This document shows, piece by piece, positions 29,372 through 38,131 of a DNA stretch of 48,136 nucleotides. The stretch is from an uncultured Muribaculaceae bacterium (GTDB lineage Bacteria; Bacteroidota; Bacteroidia; Bacteroidales; UBA932). Positions within the stretch are counted from its first letter, which is position 1, and each line of letters begins with the position of its first letter. The notes below the pieces were generated by a model. It ran no database searches, had not been told where the DNA came from, and saw only the letters and a list, made by a program, of their open reading frames with translations. Both the position numbers and the translations under genes were made by a program. Location: the NCBI GenBank assembly GCA_964466235.1, contig CAYXMV010000001.1, positions 1 through 48,136 on the forward strand, written 5' to 3'.

Positions 29372-29857
29372 ATGGAACAGAAGATCAAGACCGGCCTGAC
29401 CATGAGAAGCATGTTCCGGGCTATGATGGAAGGAGGATATTATCCCACCTTCAACAAGACCCATATACTTTTCAACATCGACGATAATGTCGCCGTCGTG
29501 GAACATGAAGAAGGAATACTGTCCGTAAGGCTGTTCTTCACGATAGATGAAGACGCGTATGACCTCTTCCTCGAAGCCTCGAACGCCGCCATGCTCGAGA
29601 CTTTCGCAGTGAAACCTGCGATAATGGACGACATGAAGACCATAATGTTCAGCTGCGAGACCCTTTGTGACAGCATCAGGCAGTTCAGGAAATTTCTCCC
29701 GCGCTGCATAAGCCTTCTTGAAGAATCACTCGCCACCCACAAGGAGAAGATGAAGAAGTTCGTACTCGAAGAAGAAGCCTTATCAAGACGAATCCCCGCC
29801 TCAGACGAATGGATGTCCGAAGCAGGGAATATCAAATCTCACAAGATACTTTCTTAG
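29372..29857 (+). CDS. Hypothetical protein, possibly YbjN/T3SS-chaperone-like fold
   Basis: 161-aa ORF with alpha/beta pattern and 'LFLEASN...VK' resembling YbjN-like proteins; weak. Confidence 0.55.
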   Translation: MEQKIKTGLTMRSMFRAMMEGGYYPTFNKTHILFNIDDNVAVVEHEEGILSVRLFFTIDEDAYDLFLEASNAAMLETFAVKPAIMDDMKTIMFSCETLCDSIRQFRKFLPRCISLLEESLATHKEKMKKFVLEEEALSRRIPASDEWMSEAGNIKSHKILS

Positions 29858-31434
29858 TTCCGGTGTGCCGGTCTGAGAAGGTCGAGGACAACCTTTACAG
29901 GATTGAATGTGGCAAGAGGAACCTCTACGAAAAGGGTGTTCCAGTCGCTCATCGCACCGTTCCAGAGACCAGGAAGCTCAAGAGCCTTGAGTTCACGACC
30001 CTGATAGCTCTTCGAACTTATGAATCCCGCATCCTCATCGACATACTTCAGAAGATCGAAGCTCTCGCCCTTGTAGTCATGCAGACAGCATACGATGTCA
30101 ACAGGATTGAAGTGGGTCGCCGATGCGAGGGCATTGCGTGCATGGTCGTCCGACATGTTGATCTGAACGCTCTCAAGCACCTGAAGAGAAGTAGAACCGT
30201 CCTTCTCGGCGATGATGAAAGGGCCGCCGCCAGGCTCGCCCTGGTTCTTCACCATGCCTGCTACCCTTACCGGACGGTCGAGCTTCTTGCGAAGTGCAGC
30301 CACTCTCTCCTTAGGAGTCCCGGCAGCCGGCATCTCTATGCAAAGCACATCCCGGAGATAAGCCTCGATGTCGTCGCACAGAGCCATAGCCTCCGGTGAA
30401 GCAGCAAGGTCCTCATAGACAGGGTCGTATCCCGGAACACCGACAGTCGTGTTTCTTGAACCCGGAACAGGATTGCAGACTGCATCAAGCTCCTTAAGAT
30501 ACCCGTGGAGAGTGTCACGGAGTTCGAGAGCCTTTCCGAGAAGCACCTTCTTCCATGTCGCAGTCTCAGGAAGCAGCCTTTCATTGGCCACATTGTCTAT
30601 GTTCTTGATGGAAACGACCTCTTCCTTGATATTGTTGAGATTATGGATGAGGGCGCCATGTCCGGCAGGACGGAAAAGAAGAGAGTCCGTCTCTGTCCTG
30701 AAAGGCTTGTTCTCCACATCTACAGCCACAGTGTCGGTAGCCTTGTCCTGGAATGTGAATGATATATTATATGTGACGCCATATCTTGCCTCGTATGCCG
30801 CCTTGACCTCGGCGTATGCCTCTTCAAAGAGATGCTGATGCTCAGGAGAGATGGTTACGACGAGGTTCGCGGTTCCGTCCTCATTCCTCATATAGTTCTG
30901 AGCCTCGACGAGATGCTCTGCGAAAGCAGTACGTATCTCTCCGTCAGTATATCTGTGGAACTTGAGCACTCCCTTAGGCTTTGCTCCATAACCGAGTCCC
31001 TCATCGGTAAGGGTCTTTGCCAGCACAGACATACGGTATTCAGAGCACCTGCATGACTGCTCTCCGAAAAGCTCTGGAGAATAGAACGCGAACTCCGCAA
31101 TCCGGTCAACGAATTTTGCAGCCGGGGCATCGTCCGGGAGTTCCTTTCCTTCCTTGAGGGCATCGAGACCGCTGAAAAGATCCTTGAACATACGCGAAGC
31201 CGCACCAGAAGCAGGAACGAACTTGCATTTTCCATTGATCCGAGCCCCCTCATAATACTTGACGGCAGCCTCGACACCGGCCTCATCAAGTACCTGGATA
31301 CCCTTTTCCGGGGTAGCAGGAGCAACGATCTTCATCCATGGGAAGCCTTTTCTGAAGCGCTCCACCTGTTCTTCTACTGTCTGCACCGACGAGCCTCTCT
31401 GCTCAATCTGCGCAATGTCTTCTTTTCTAAACAT
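29854..31434 (-). CDS. DUF4301 family protein (nucleotidyltransferase-like)
   Basis: KFVPASGAASRMFK, FRPAGHGALI, IKNIDNV, GEPGGGPF, THFNPVD, ELPGLWNGAM. Confidence 0.88.
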   Translation of the reverse strand: MFRKEDIAQIEQRGSSVQTVEEQVERFRKGFPWMKIVAPATPEKGIQVLDEAGVEAAVKYYEGARINGKCKFVPASGAASRMFKDLFSGLDALKEGKELPDDAPAAKFVDRIAEFAFYSPELFGEQSCRCSEYRMSVLAKTLTDEGLGYGAKPKGVLKFHRYTDGEIRTAFAEHLVEAQNYMRNEDGTANLVVTISPEHQHLFEEAYAEVKAAYEARYGVTYNISFTFQDKATDTVAVDVENKPFRTETDSLLFRPAGHGALIHNLNNIKEEVVSIKNIDNVANERLLPETATWKKVLLGKALELRDTLHGYLKELDAVCNPVPGSRNTTVGVPGYDPVYEDLAASPEAMALCDDIEAYLRDVLCIEMPAAGTPKERVAALRKKLDRPVRVAGMVKNQGEPGGGPFIIAEKDGSTSLQVLESVQINMSDDHARNALASATHFNPVDIVCCLHDYKGESFDLLKYVDEDAGFISSKSYQGRELKALELPGLWNGAMSDWNTLFVEVPLATFNPVKVVLDLLRPAHRN

Positions 31435-31452
31435 ATCTTGGTCATTAGTTGG

Positions 31453-32493
31453 TTATTCCACGTATATCTCGCGCCGGTACTGATAGTCCGAACGCATCTT
31501 CTCGAAATTCCCCGGCTCCATGCGGAATCGGAAATCGTCTGTAAATATAGGATAATTATACTGAAAAACAGCTGCAATCTCACCCTGTTTCTTGTCCTTC
31601 AGGTCGAGGAGCACTGGCTCATGGTCAGGTAGATCATTCTCAGGATAATAGCCATAGAGTTCCTTAATCCCGAAATACTCAGCCACAAAATGCACAGCCG
31701 AAGCCGTACCGTTCTGCTTTCCCTGATATGAATACCCCGCTATATGAGGAGTCGCCACATCCACAAGGTCTATAAGGTCTTCATCCACATCAGGCTCGTT
31801 GTTCCACGTATCTATGATTGCCGCGCCGAGCTTCGGATAAGCCTCCTTGAGAGCCGCCTCATCCATTATCTCTCCCCTCGCTGCATTGATGAATATGGTT
31901 CCCGGCTGCATCTGAAGGAAGAAATGTTCGTCTGCCATTCTTCTCGTGGTCTCGTCCAACGGCACATGCATCGTCACGATCTGGGAATTGGCAAGGAGAT
32001 ATTCGAGAGAACAGAAGCCATCTCCGCCTTCCGCAGCGGCACGCGGAGGGTCGCAGCGCAGCACATTGAATCCGAGATACTCAGCCATGGCCTCAACCTT
32101 GCGTCCGACATTTCCGACACCTACGATGCCGAAATTATAGCCGTCAAGCTTTATGGCCTTGCGGGCCGCAACACCGTACAGGGCCGAAAAGACATATTGC
32201 ATGACTCCACCGGCATTGCACCCCTGCGCATTATGCACCTCGATGCCCTTGGCTGCGCAATAAGGAAGGTCTATGTGGTCCGTTCCTATAGTCGCCGTCG
32301 CTATTATCTTCACGGCTGTACCGTCCAGAAGTTGGGCATTGCATCTTGTACGGGTCCGGATTATCATCGCATCCGCATTGATGAGGTCATCATGACATAT
32401 TTCCCTGCCGGCGATATATACAACTTCGGCGTATGGTTCGAAAACACCCTCGAGAAAAGGGATATGCTTATCTGCTACTATCTTCATAATCAT
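31453..32493 (-). CDS. pdxB: 4-phosphoerythronate dehydrogenase
   Basis: KIVADKHIPF, IRTRTRC, ATIGTDHID, GVGNVG, INAARG, TPHIAGYS. Confidence 0.93.
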   Translation of the reverse strand: MIMKIVADKHIPFLEGVFEPYAEVVYIAGREICHDDLINADAMIIRTRTRCNAQLLDGTAVKIIATATIGTDHIDLPYCAAKGIEVHNAQGCNAGGVMQYVFSALYGVAARKAIKLDGYNFGIVGVGNVGRKVEAMAEYLGFNVLRCDPPRAAAEGGDGFCSLEYLLANSQIVTMHVPLDETTRRMADEHFFLQMQPGTIFINAARGEIMDEAALKEAYPKLGAAIIDTWNNEPDVDEDLIDLVDVATPHIAGYSYQGKQNGTASAVHFVAEYFGIKELYGYYPENDLPDHEPVLLDLKDKKQGEIAAVFQYNYPIFTDDFRFRMEPGNFEKMRSDYQYRREIYVE

Positions 32494-32819
32494 CTCAATA
32501 CTAAAGCCTTGACTGCCGGTCCATCTTTCGGTCCCCTGACAAAAAGATCGTCATGCGCAAGGAATTCATTCATTCTCTGCATTATAACATCCTTCTGGAA
32601 ATAAAGCTGGTTCCGCACAACGGAAGAGCTGAGACTGCAATAGACCACTCCCCTTTCGTAACCCACATCCAAAGTATATCGCGACGCACCCGAAACAGTA
32701 TTCCACGCCTCAGTCACCCTCTGTCTGTTGATTCCAGAAGCTATCTTCATATCACGGATGAACTGGGACACAAGCTCCTGCATCCCCACAGCCTCCTTTC
32801 TCCTTATACCTTCAGCCAT
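32490..32819 (-). CDS. DUF721 / DciA family protein
   Basis: Directly downstream of recF; AW..V.G, SSSVVRNQL pattern. Confidence 0.8.
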   Translation of the reverse strand: MAEGIRRKEAVGMQELVSQFIRDMKIASGINRQRVTEAWNTVSGASRYTLDVGYERGVVYCSLSSSVVRNQLYFQKDVIMQRMNEFLAHDDLFVRGPKDGPAVKALVLR

Positions 32820-32821
32820 AT

Positions 32822-33919
32822 CTATATCCTTGAGAATGTTCCTTCCGCCGTATCGTAATAGACCCTGTCCTGAGTCAGTCCGTCAACGATTCCCGACATG
32901 CGGACCTTATTGCTGTCGGTAATGAAGATCTGGCCAAAATCCTTGCCGGACACCATCTGAAGCAGATTCGATATGCGGTTCATATCCAATTTGTCAAACA
33001 CATCGTCCAGGAGAAGGATCGGTGCAAAGCCGTATTTCTTCTTCATTATTTCATACTGGGCGAACTTAAGTGACACAAGGAAGGATTTCTGCTGCCCCTG
33101 AGAACCGCATCGGCGGATCGGATGACCGTTCATTGTAAAGATAAGATCATCCCTCTGGATGCCTACGGTTGTGTATCTGAATATCCTGTCCTTGTCATAC
33201 GATGCTTCGAGAAGGCGGTCAAGAGAAGCCTTGTCAAGCTCGGAATCATACTCTATATCTATCTGTTCGCAGCCTCCTGAAACAGCTTTATAATAGTCCG
33301 AGACTATGGGCTTGAGATCCTCCACAAAGCGTTTGCGCGCCTGATAAACAGGCTCAGCAAGAGCTGACATCCTCATGTCTATGACCTCAAGAAGGGATCG
33401 GTCCGGCTCCATTTCCTTCAGCATTCTGTTGCGCTGCAGCAGCAGCCTGTTGTACTGCTGGAGCGACACCATGTATTCCCGGTCCATCTGCGAAAGAACC
33501 GCATTCACAAATCTGCGGCGTTCCTCTCCGGATTCGCTCACAAGTGAGATGTCAGAAGGAGAGACCATCACTACCGGCAATATACCCACATGCTCAGAGA
33601 CTTTATTATATGGTTTGTCGTCCCTGCGCACCTTCTTCTCCCCCTTAGTCGTCATCTTCAGGGCGAAACGGCTGCTCAGCCCGTTCTCCATCCTGTATGT
33701 CCCGGCAACGGAAAATTCTTCCGTACCATGACGGAAAGTGAATCTGTCCGAAGTCGCAAATGCGCTCTTTGTCATTGAAAGATAATGGATTGCATCCAAC
33801 AGATTTGTCTTTCCCTCACCATTGTTGCCGCTTATGCAGTTGATGTTCGGAGAGAACTCCAGTTCCTGAAGCTCTATATTTCTGAAATCCGAAATGACTA
33901 TTTTTTCAAGAATGGGCAT
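32822..33919 (-). CDS. recF: DNA replication and repair protein RecF
   Basis: FRN, GNNGEGKTNLLDAI, ERRRF, GSQGQQKS, LLLDDVFDKLD. Confidence 0.97.
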   Translation of the reverse strand: MPILEKIVISDFRNIELQELEFSPNINCISGNNGEGKTNLLDAIHYLSMTKSAFATSDRFTFRHGTEEFSVAGTYRMENGLSSRFALKMTTKGEKKVRRDDKPYNKVSEHVGILPVVMVSPSDISLVSESGEERRRFVNAVLSQMDREYMVSLQQYNRLLLQRNRMLKEMEPDRSLLEVIDMRMSALAEPVYQARKRFVEDLKPIVSDYYKAVSGGCEQIDIEYDSELDKASLDRLLEASYDKDRIFRYTTVGIQRDDLIFTMNGHPIRRCGSQGQQKSFLVSLKFAQYEIMKKKYGFAPILLLDDVFDKLDMNRISNLLQMVSGKDFGQIFITDSNKVRMSGIVDGLTQDRVYYDTAEGTFSRI

Positions 33920-33938
33920 AGACTGTCGTATATCTCTG

Positions 33939-33946
33939 CAAAGTTA
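33939..33946 (-). promoter_or_regulatory. -7 promoter element of recF operon
   Basis: TAACTTTG on minus strand, 20 nt before the ATG. Confidence 0.7.
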
Positions 33947-33965
33947 TGAAAAAACGAAGAACCCG

Positions 33966-36212
33966 TCAATTCCAAGGATCGAACTCTCCTCCGAATGATA
34001 CGTCCTCTCCTGTATAGGCTCCGGACTCAGGCAATGATTCCGAAGGCTCTCCGATGACAAATTCCAACAGCCTGTTATACCCGGCAGCCTCATCCCATAT
34101 GCCATCATTGGCAAGACGGATCGAGAACAACGGATTATCATGAAGAGTCACCTCAGGATCCGGCAGATTGAGATACAATGTACATGTACCGGATGCCTCT
34201 GAAGGAATCCTTATGGTCTTTGCTACCGTCACGGTCTCTCCGGCAAACCAGTAACGCGGATCGACATCATCACACGTGAACACTGTCTTGACTCCGTTTC
34301 CGTCAACAAGGACGAATTCTACACCACGGCCGTTCATCGGAGCCGCGAATCCTGTATTCCTTATCTTGAGAACGACATGGAAGTCCTCTCCCGGCACGGC
34401 GGCTGACGGATACCATAAATCCGAAAGCGACAATCTGTAGCCGAGACGACGCTTTATCTCATCAATGCATCCGCTGTCAGTCCATCGTCCGATCACATCC
34501 TGATGGTAGTCATTGTTCAGATAAGTCCAGTGATAATCCTCCATATCCTGAAGCGAGTTGTCACATGTGCAGTAGTCCGACAAGCCGCAGGTCTCGCCAC
34601 CCATCAGGACATATCTCGTATCCTTCTTCCAGTACTCGCGGGTCTCGTCATCGCCGAATGTACCATAATCCGAGCTCGAAGCCCCGAAGCAATCATTGAA
34701 ACATGAAATACGGGCAAGATCAGATCCGTTGTACGCCGTGGCTGCTGTGAGAGTATCCGTATAACTCCCAGCATACATCATCCTTTTGAACATCGGTGTA
34801 CGCAAGGCTACGGTACGGTCCGACGGCATGGCATCCAGAAGGGCGTCCACGACTTCCTTGCGCAAGGCATGATCTTCCTCGGTCTTGGGGTTGAACACGA
34901 AATTGTCGGTATAGTACCACTCTCCCCACACACCTATGAAACCTGCCTGCAGACACATGATGACGTCTCCGTATTCCTGGAATATAGGCTTCAGCTGCTC
35001 TATATGGCGGGCTACCCATTCCGGTGAGGCATCCCATGGCTTGTCAGATTCTCCGGCACTGTCCTTATAAGAGAATCTGAGCACACATTTCGCTCCGTTG
35101 TCGCGCAGAAGCTGCATCTCGTTTCTTACGCGCTGAAGGAAACTGTCTGCAATATCGGAAGTCATATAATCTGTAAGATAGTAACTGGCATGTATAATGG
35201 TGTGGTTCTTCAGTCGGGCTGTGAGGATGTTGTCAGCGGTTATTGGGTAATTTATACTACTTCTTGCAGAATAGAATCCACGTTCAGGATTGGCAATATC
35301 ATCATCAGACTCAGTGAATGTCAGATGTATCCTTCCCGCGAATCCATCTATATCGACACAAGGCATGGAAAGTACAGAGGAGCGGAGTATCTCATTGGTG
35401 GAAACTGCCGTTTCAAGAACAATCTCAACATCTTCGGAATCCGTGACCGTAACCTTGAAGCCTTTGGAAAAGCGGACAGGAGGAAGAGATACAAGGAATG
35501 ATGTCTCAGAATCGTCGGACAGGCGGACACCGTCTCCGCAGTCGAGAGCCACCGAAGTATAGGATTCTTCCGACATTTCAATGACAGGCGCATTCCCGTC
35601 TGAGTATGCCGTCACGACAGCCGGTCCGGAAAGCTTCTCCGAATTGTTTCCTTCTATTCTGATGGCCTTCACGATGCCGGATCCCTTGAAGCTGAGCTTC
35701 ATCACGCCCATCACATTCTTGAACTTCAGAGAATGGTCCTCAATGGTCTGCGAGACCGCAACCATCGGAAATGAGCCGTTGGCAAAACTGCCTGCGGCAT
35801 AAGACTGGGTCTGAGGGAGGACTACATTACCTATCTCATATCCCGCGCTGCCTGACCCGGCAGGATCGCACGAAAGGGATTCCATATAGGGATAAAAGGC
35901 CACATTAGGGAACAGGTTCCCGGACTCTTCGGAACCGCTTATCATTGTAAAAACTCCCTGCCCGGTACCTGCCGAAGCATCGGTTACCTGATAGACATCG
36001 GCACCGGAACGGCCCCGGAATATCGCAAGTCTGTCTCCTTTGGACCATACTATACCGGTTTCGCCGGACAACGCAGTCCTGGTCTGAGAATCCAGCTGCT
36101 CCGCAATTGCAGTAAAATCATTCTCTCCGGGATACGAGCCTACAGGAATCACTTCACGGCAACCGGAAAACAGAAAAGACGCCTGAACAAGAAAATACAA
36201 AAACTTCTTCAT
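33966..36212 (-). CDS. Lipoprotein: fimbrillin-like N-terminal domain fused to DUF4874/DUF4832 (putative glycoside-hydrolase-like TIM barrel)
   Basis: Lipobox FSGC; TRT..W..GD.L..F, AFYPY, LP.TQ.Y..GSF, PMVA, L.FKN fimbrillin-like motifs; NPERGFY, QAGFIGVWGEWYY, FNDCF, GGETC, RLGYRL, N.GFAAP. Confidence 0.8.
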   Translation of the reverse strand: MKKFLYFLVQASFLFSGCREVIPVGSYPGENDFTAIAEQLDSQTRTALSGETGIVWSKGDRLAIFRGRSGADVYQVTDASAGTGQGVFTMISGSEESGNLFPNVAFYPYMESLSCDPAGSGSAGYEIGNVVLPQTQSYAAGSFANGSFPMVAVSQTIEDHSLKFKNVMGVMKLSFKGSGIVKAIRIEGNNSEKLSGPAVVTAYSDGNAPVIEMSEESYTSVALDCGDGVRLSDDSETSFLVSLPPVRFSKGFKVTVTDSEDVEIVLETAVSTNEILRSSVLSMPCVDIDGFAGRIHLTFTESDDDIANPERGFYSARSSINYPITADNILTARLKNHTIIHASYYLTDYMTSDIADSFLQRVRNEMQLLRDNGAKCVLRFSYKDSAGESDKPWDASPEWVARHIEQLKPIFQEYGDVIMCLQAGFIGVWGEWYYTDNFVFNPKTEEDHALRKEVVDALLDAMPSDRTVALRTPMFKRMMYAGSYTDTLTAATAYNGSDLARISCFNDCFGASSSDYGTFGDDETREYWKKDTRYVLMGGETCGLSDYCTCDNSLQDMEDYHWTYLNNDYHQDVIGRWTDSGCIDEIKRRLGYRLSLSDLWYPSAAVPGEDFHVVLKIRNTGFAAPMNGRGVEFVLVDGNGVKTVFTCDDVDPRYWFAGETVTVAKTIRIPSEASGTCTLYLNLPDPEVTLHDNPLFSIRLANDGIWDEAAGYNRLLEFVIGEPSESLPESGAYTGEDVSFGGEFDPWN

Positions 36213-36225
36213 ATAAACTTCATTT

Positions 36226-36345
36226 TTACCAGCCCCATGATCCGGGAACCTCCTCAAGACCTTCAAGATTGCTCAGGCACAACAAGCCTTCGAAACTTAA
36301 TTCAATCACGTGAGCAACAGGAGTATCGTATGAAACTTCAGCCAT
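36226..36345 (-). CDS. 39-aa peptide MAEVSYDTPVAHVIELSFEGLLCLSNLEGLEEVPGSWGW
   Basis: ATG 36345 to TAA 36226, AT-rich start context, TATCTTTA -7-like element at 36366-36373, stop 13 nt before the lipoprotein ATG; YxxP..ExxLCxS..W pattern. Confidence 0.75.
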   Translation of the reverse strand: MAEVSYDTPVAHVIELSFEGLLCLSNLEGLEEVPGSWGW

Positions 36346-36449
36346 AATAAAACATTTTGAAGAAGTAAAGATACAACTATAATTTGAATAAAAAAAGAGT
36401 ATTTCTCATTTAAACAGTTTACGGGCTTTGTGGTTTTGACAAAATTTCC

Positions 36450-36457
36450 TAAATTTG
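36450..36457 (+). promoter_or_regulatory. -7/-33 promoter for TPR-yebC
   Basis: TAAATTTG with TTTG at 36427-36430. Confidence 0.7.
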
Positions 36458-36541
36458 CGGGCTGTTTGTGCGGCATACTCTGCGATTTTCATCCGCCGGG
36501 TCCCCCAACACATTGAATGACAAATAATAAAACTAACAGAT

Positions 36542-37210
36542 ATGGCTAAAGAAATCAAAAATCAGAATGCCGAGGCAGTCGTTGAGGCAGTCTCCAAGAC
36601 AGAGAAGTTCTTCAACGAGAACGGCAAGTTCCTTTCCATCATTGCAGTTGCAGTGGTTGTAGTCGCAGCAGGTATCTTCTGCTGGTTCAAGTTCGCTTAC
36701 CAGCCTAAGGTCGAGGAGGCTCAGGGTCAGATGGCTTACGCTGAGCAGAATTTCCGTGCAGGCGACTATGAGCTCGCCCTCAACGGTGACGGCAACATGC
36801 TCGGTTTCGCACAGGTGATCGACGAGTATGGCGCAAAGGCCGGCCGCTCAGTATATTTCTACGCAGGAGTATGCGAGCTTCAGCTCGGAAACTGGGATGC
36901 CGCAATCAAGTATCTCAACTCATACAAGGGCAAGGATGCCATCCTCAAGGCACGTGCTACAGCATGCATCGGTGACGCATACGTGGGTCTCGAGGACTAC
37001 GGCAAGGCTCTCGGATACTTCGAGAAGGCTGCCGCAACGGCTGACAACATATATGCAACAGGCTACCTCCTCAAGGCTGGCGTGACAGCCGAGAAGCTCG
37101 GTCAGGACGCAAAGGCACTCGGATTCTACAAGCAGATCAAGGATCAGTACCCTTCATCAATGGAAGGCTATGATGTTGACAAATATATCGGACGTATTGA
37201 AGCAGAATAA
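36542..37210 (+). CDS. Membrane-anchored tetratricopeptide repeat protein (YfgM-like)
   Basis: Single N-terminal TM, ALNGDG..GF, TPR helices; family usually divergent from recF in Bacteroidetes. Confidence 0.85.
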   Translation: MAKEIKNQNAEAVVEAVSKTEKFFNENGKFLSIIAVAVVVVAAGIFCWFKFAYQPKVEEAQGQMAYAEQNFRAGDYELALNGDGNMLGFAQVIDEYGAKAGRSVYFYAGVCELQLGNWDAAIKYLNSYKGKDAILKARATACIGDAYVGLEDYGKALGYFEKAAATADNIYATGYLLKAGVTAEKLGQDAKALGFYKQIKDQYPSSMEGYDVDKYIGRIEAE

Positions 37211-37212
37211 TC

Positions 37213-37944
37213 ATGGGACGCGCGTTTGAATTCCGTAAGGAAAGAAAATTCAAGAGATGGGGTCACATGGCCCGAGTATTCACTAAGATCGGAAAGGAAA
37301 TAACCATCGCTGTAAAGCAGGGAGGTCCTGATGTGACTGGCAACCCGAGACTCCGCGCCCTTATCCAGACAGCACGAAGCGAGAACATGCCTAAGGACAA
37401 TATCGAGCGTGCAATAAAGAGGGCTACAGACAAGGATCAGGCTGATTACAAGGAGGTTGTATTCGAGGGCTACGGTCCTCACGGAATCGCTGTCCTCGTA
37501 GAGGCAGCTACCGACAACAACAACCGTACAGTTGCGAATGTACGTTCATACTTCACGAAGAGCGGCGGCTCACTCGGAACTTCAGGAAGCGTTGACTATA
37601 TGTTCGACCGCAAGGGCATGTTCCGCATGAAGTCAGCCAATCCATACGACCTGGAGGAGCTCGAGCTTGAACTCATCGACTATGGAGTAGAGGAAATCTT
37701 CGAGGAAGAGAACGAGAATGAAGAAATGGAGATTGTGCTCTACGGTGAGTTCACCGCATTCAACACTATCCAGAAATGGATCGAGGACAACGGTTACGAG
37801 CTCATAGCAGCAGAATTCACAAGACTCCCTAATGTTGAGCTCAAGGTTCTTGAAGGCGAGGCAAAGGCTGATGTCGAGAAGCTCATCGAGCGTATCGAGG
37901 AGGACGACGACGTTCAGAACGTTTACACCACAATGCAGCCGTAA
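37213..37944 (+). CDS. yebC: YebC/PmpR family protein
   Basis: MGRAFEFRK, NPRLR, NMPKDNIERAI, EGYGPHG, TDNNNRT, EDDDVQNVY. Confidence 0.96.
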   Translation: MGRAFEFRKERKFKRWGHMARVFTKIGKEITIAVKQGGPDVTGNPRLRALIQTARSENMPKDNIERAIKRATDKDQADYKEVVFEGYGPHGIAVLVEAATDNNNRTVANVRSYFTKSGGSLGTSGSVDYMFDRKGMFRMKSANPYDLEELELELIDYGVEEIFEEENENEEMEIVLYGEFTAFNTIQKWIEDNGYELIAAEFTRLPNVELKVLEGEAKADVEKLIERIEEDDDVQNVYTTMQP

Positions 37945-37966
37945 TCCGATTTCAAGGATTTCATAT

Positions 37967-38003
37967 AAATGGCGGTCAGAAATGATCGCCATTTTCATTT
38001 TTT
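37967..38003 (+). terminator. Rho-independent terminator after yebC
   Basis: AAATGGCGGTCA-GAAA-TGATCGCCATTT followed by T-rich run. Confidence 0.8.
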
Positions 38004-38078
38004 CACCACATCCCTTAAAGGTGTGGTGAAATTGTTTCTACGTAGGCCGAAATCTCTTTGATTATCTGAAGAAAATAC

Positions 38079-38086
38079 TAACTTTG
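38079..38086 (+). promoter_or_regulatory. -7/-33 promoter of decarboxylase operon
   Basis: TAACTTTG with TTTG at 38057-38060. Confidence 0.7.
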
Positions 38087-38131
38087 CCGAATCGGCCTTG
38101 AAAAAATCAGGGTGATTAAAATGATAATTAT

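Noticed and set aside
31744..32604. 286-aa plus-strand ORF and similar long antisense ORFs (1601-2275, 9203-9829, 18652-19275, 29809-30399, 40345-40983)
   Set aside because: They lie opposite well-supported genes and have no recognisable motifs; these are shadow ORFs caused by codon bias
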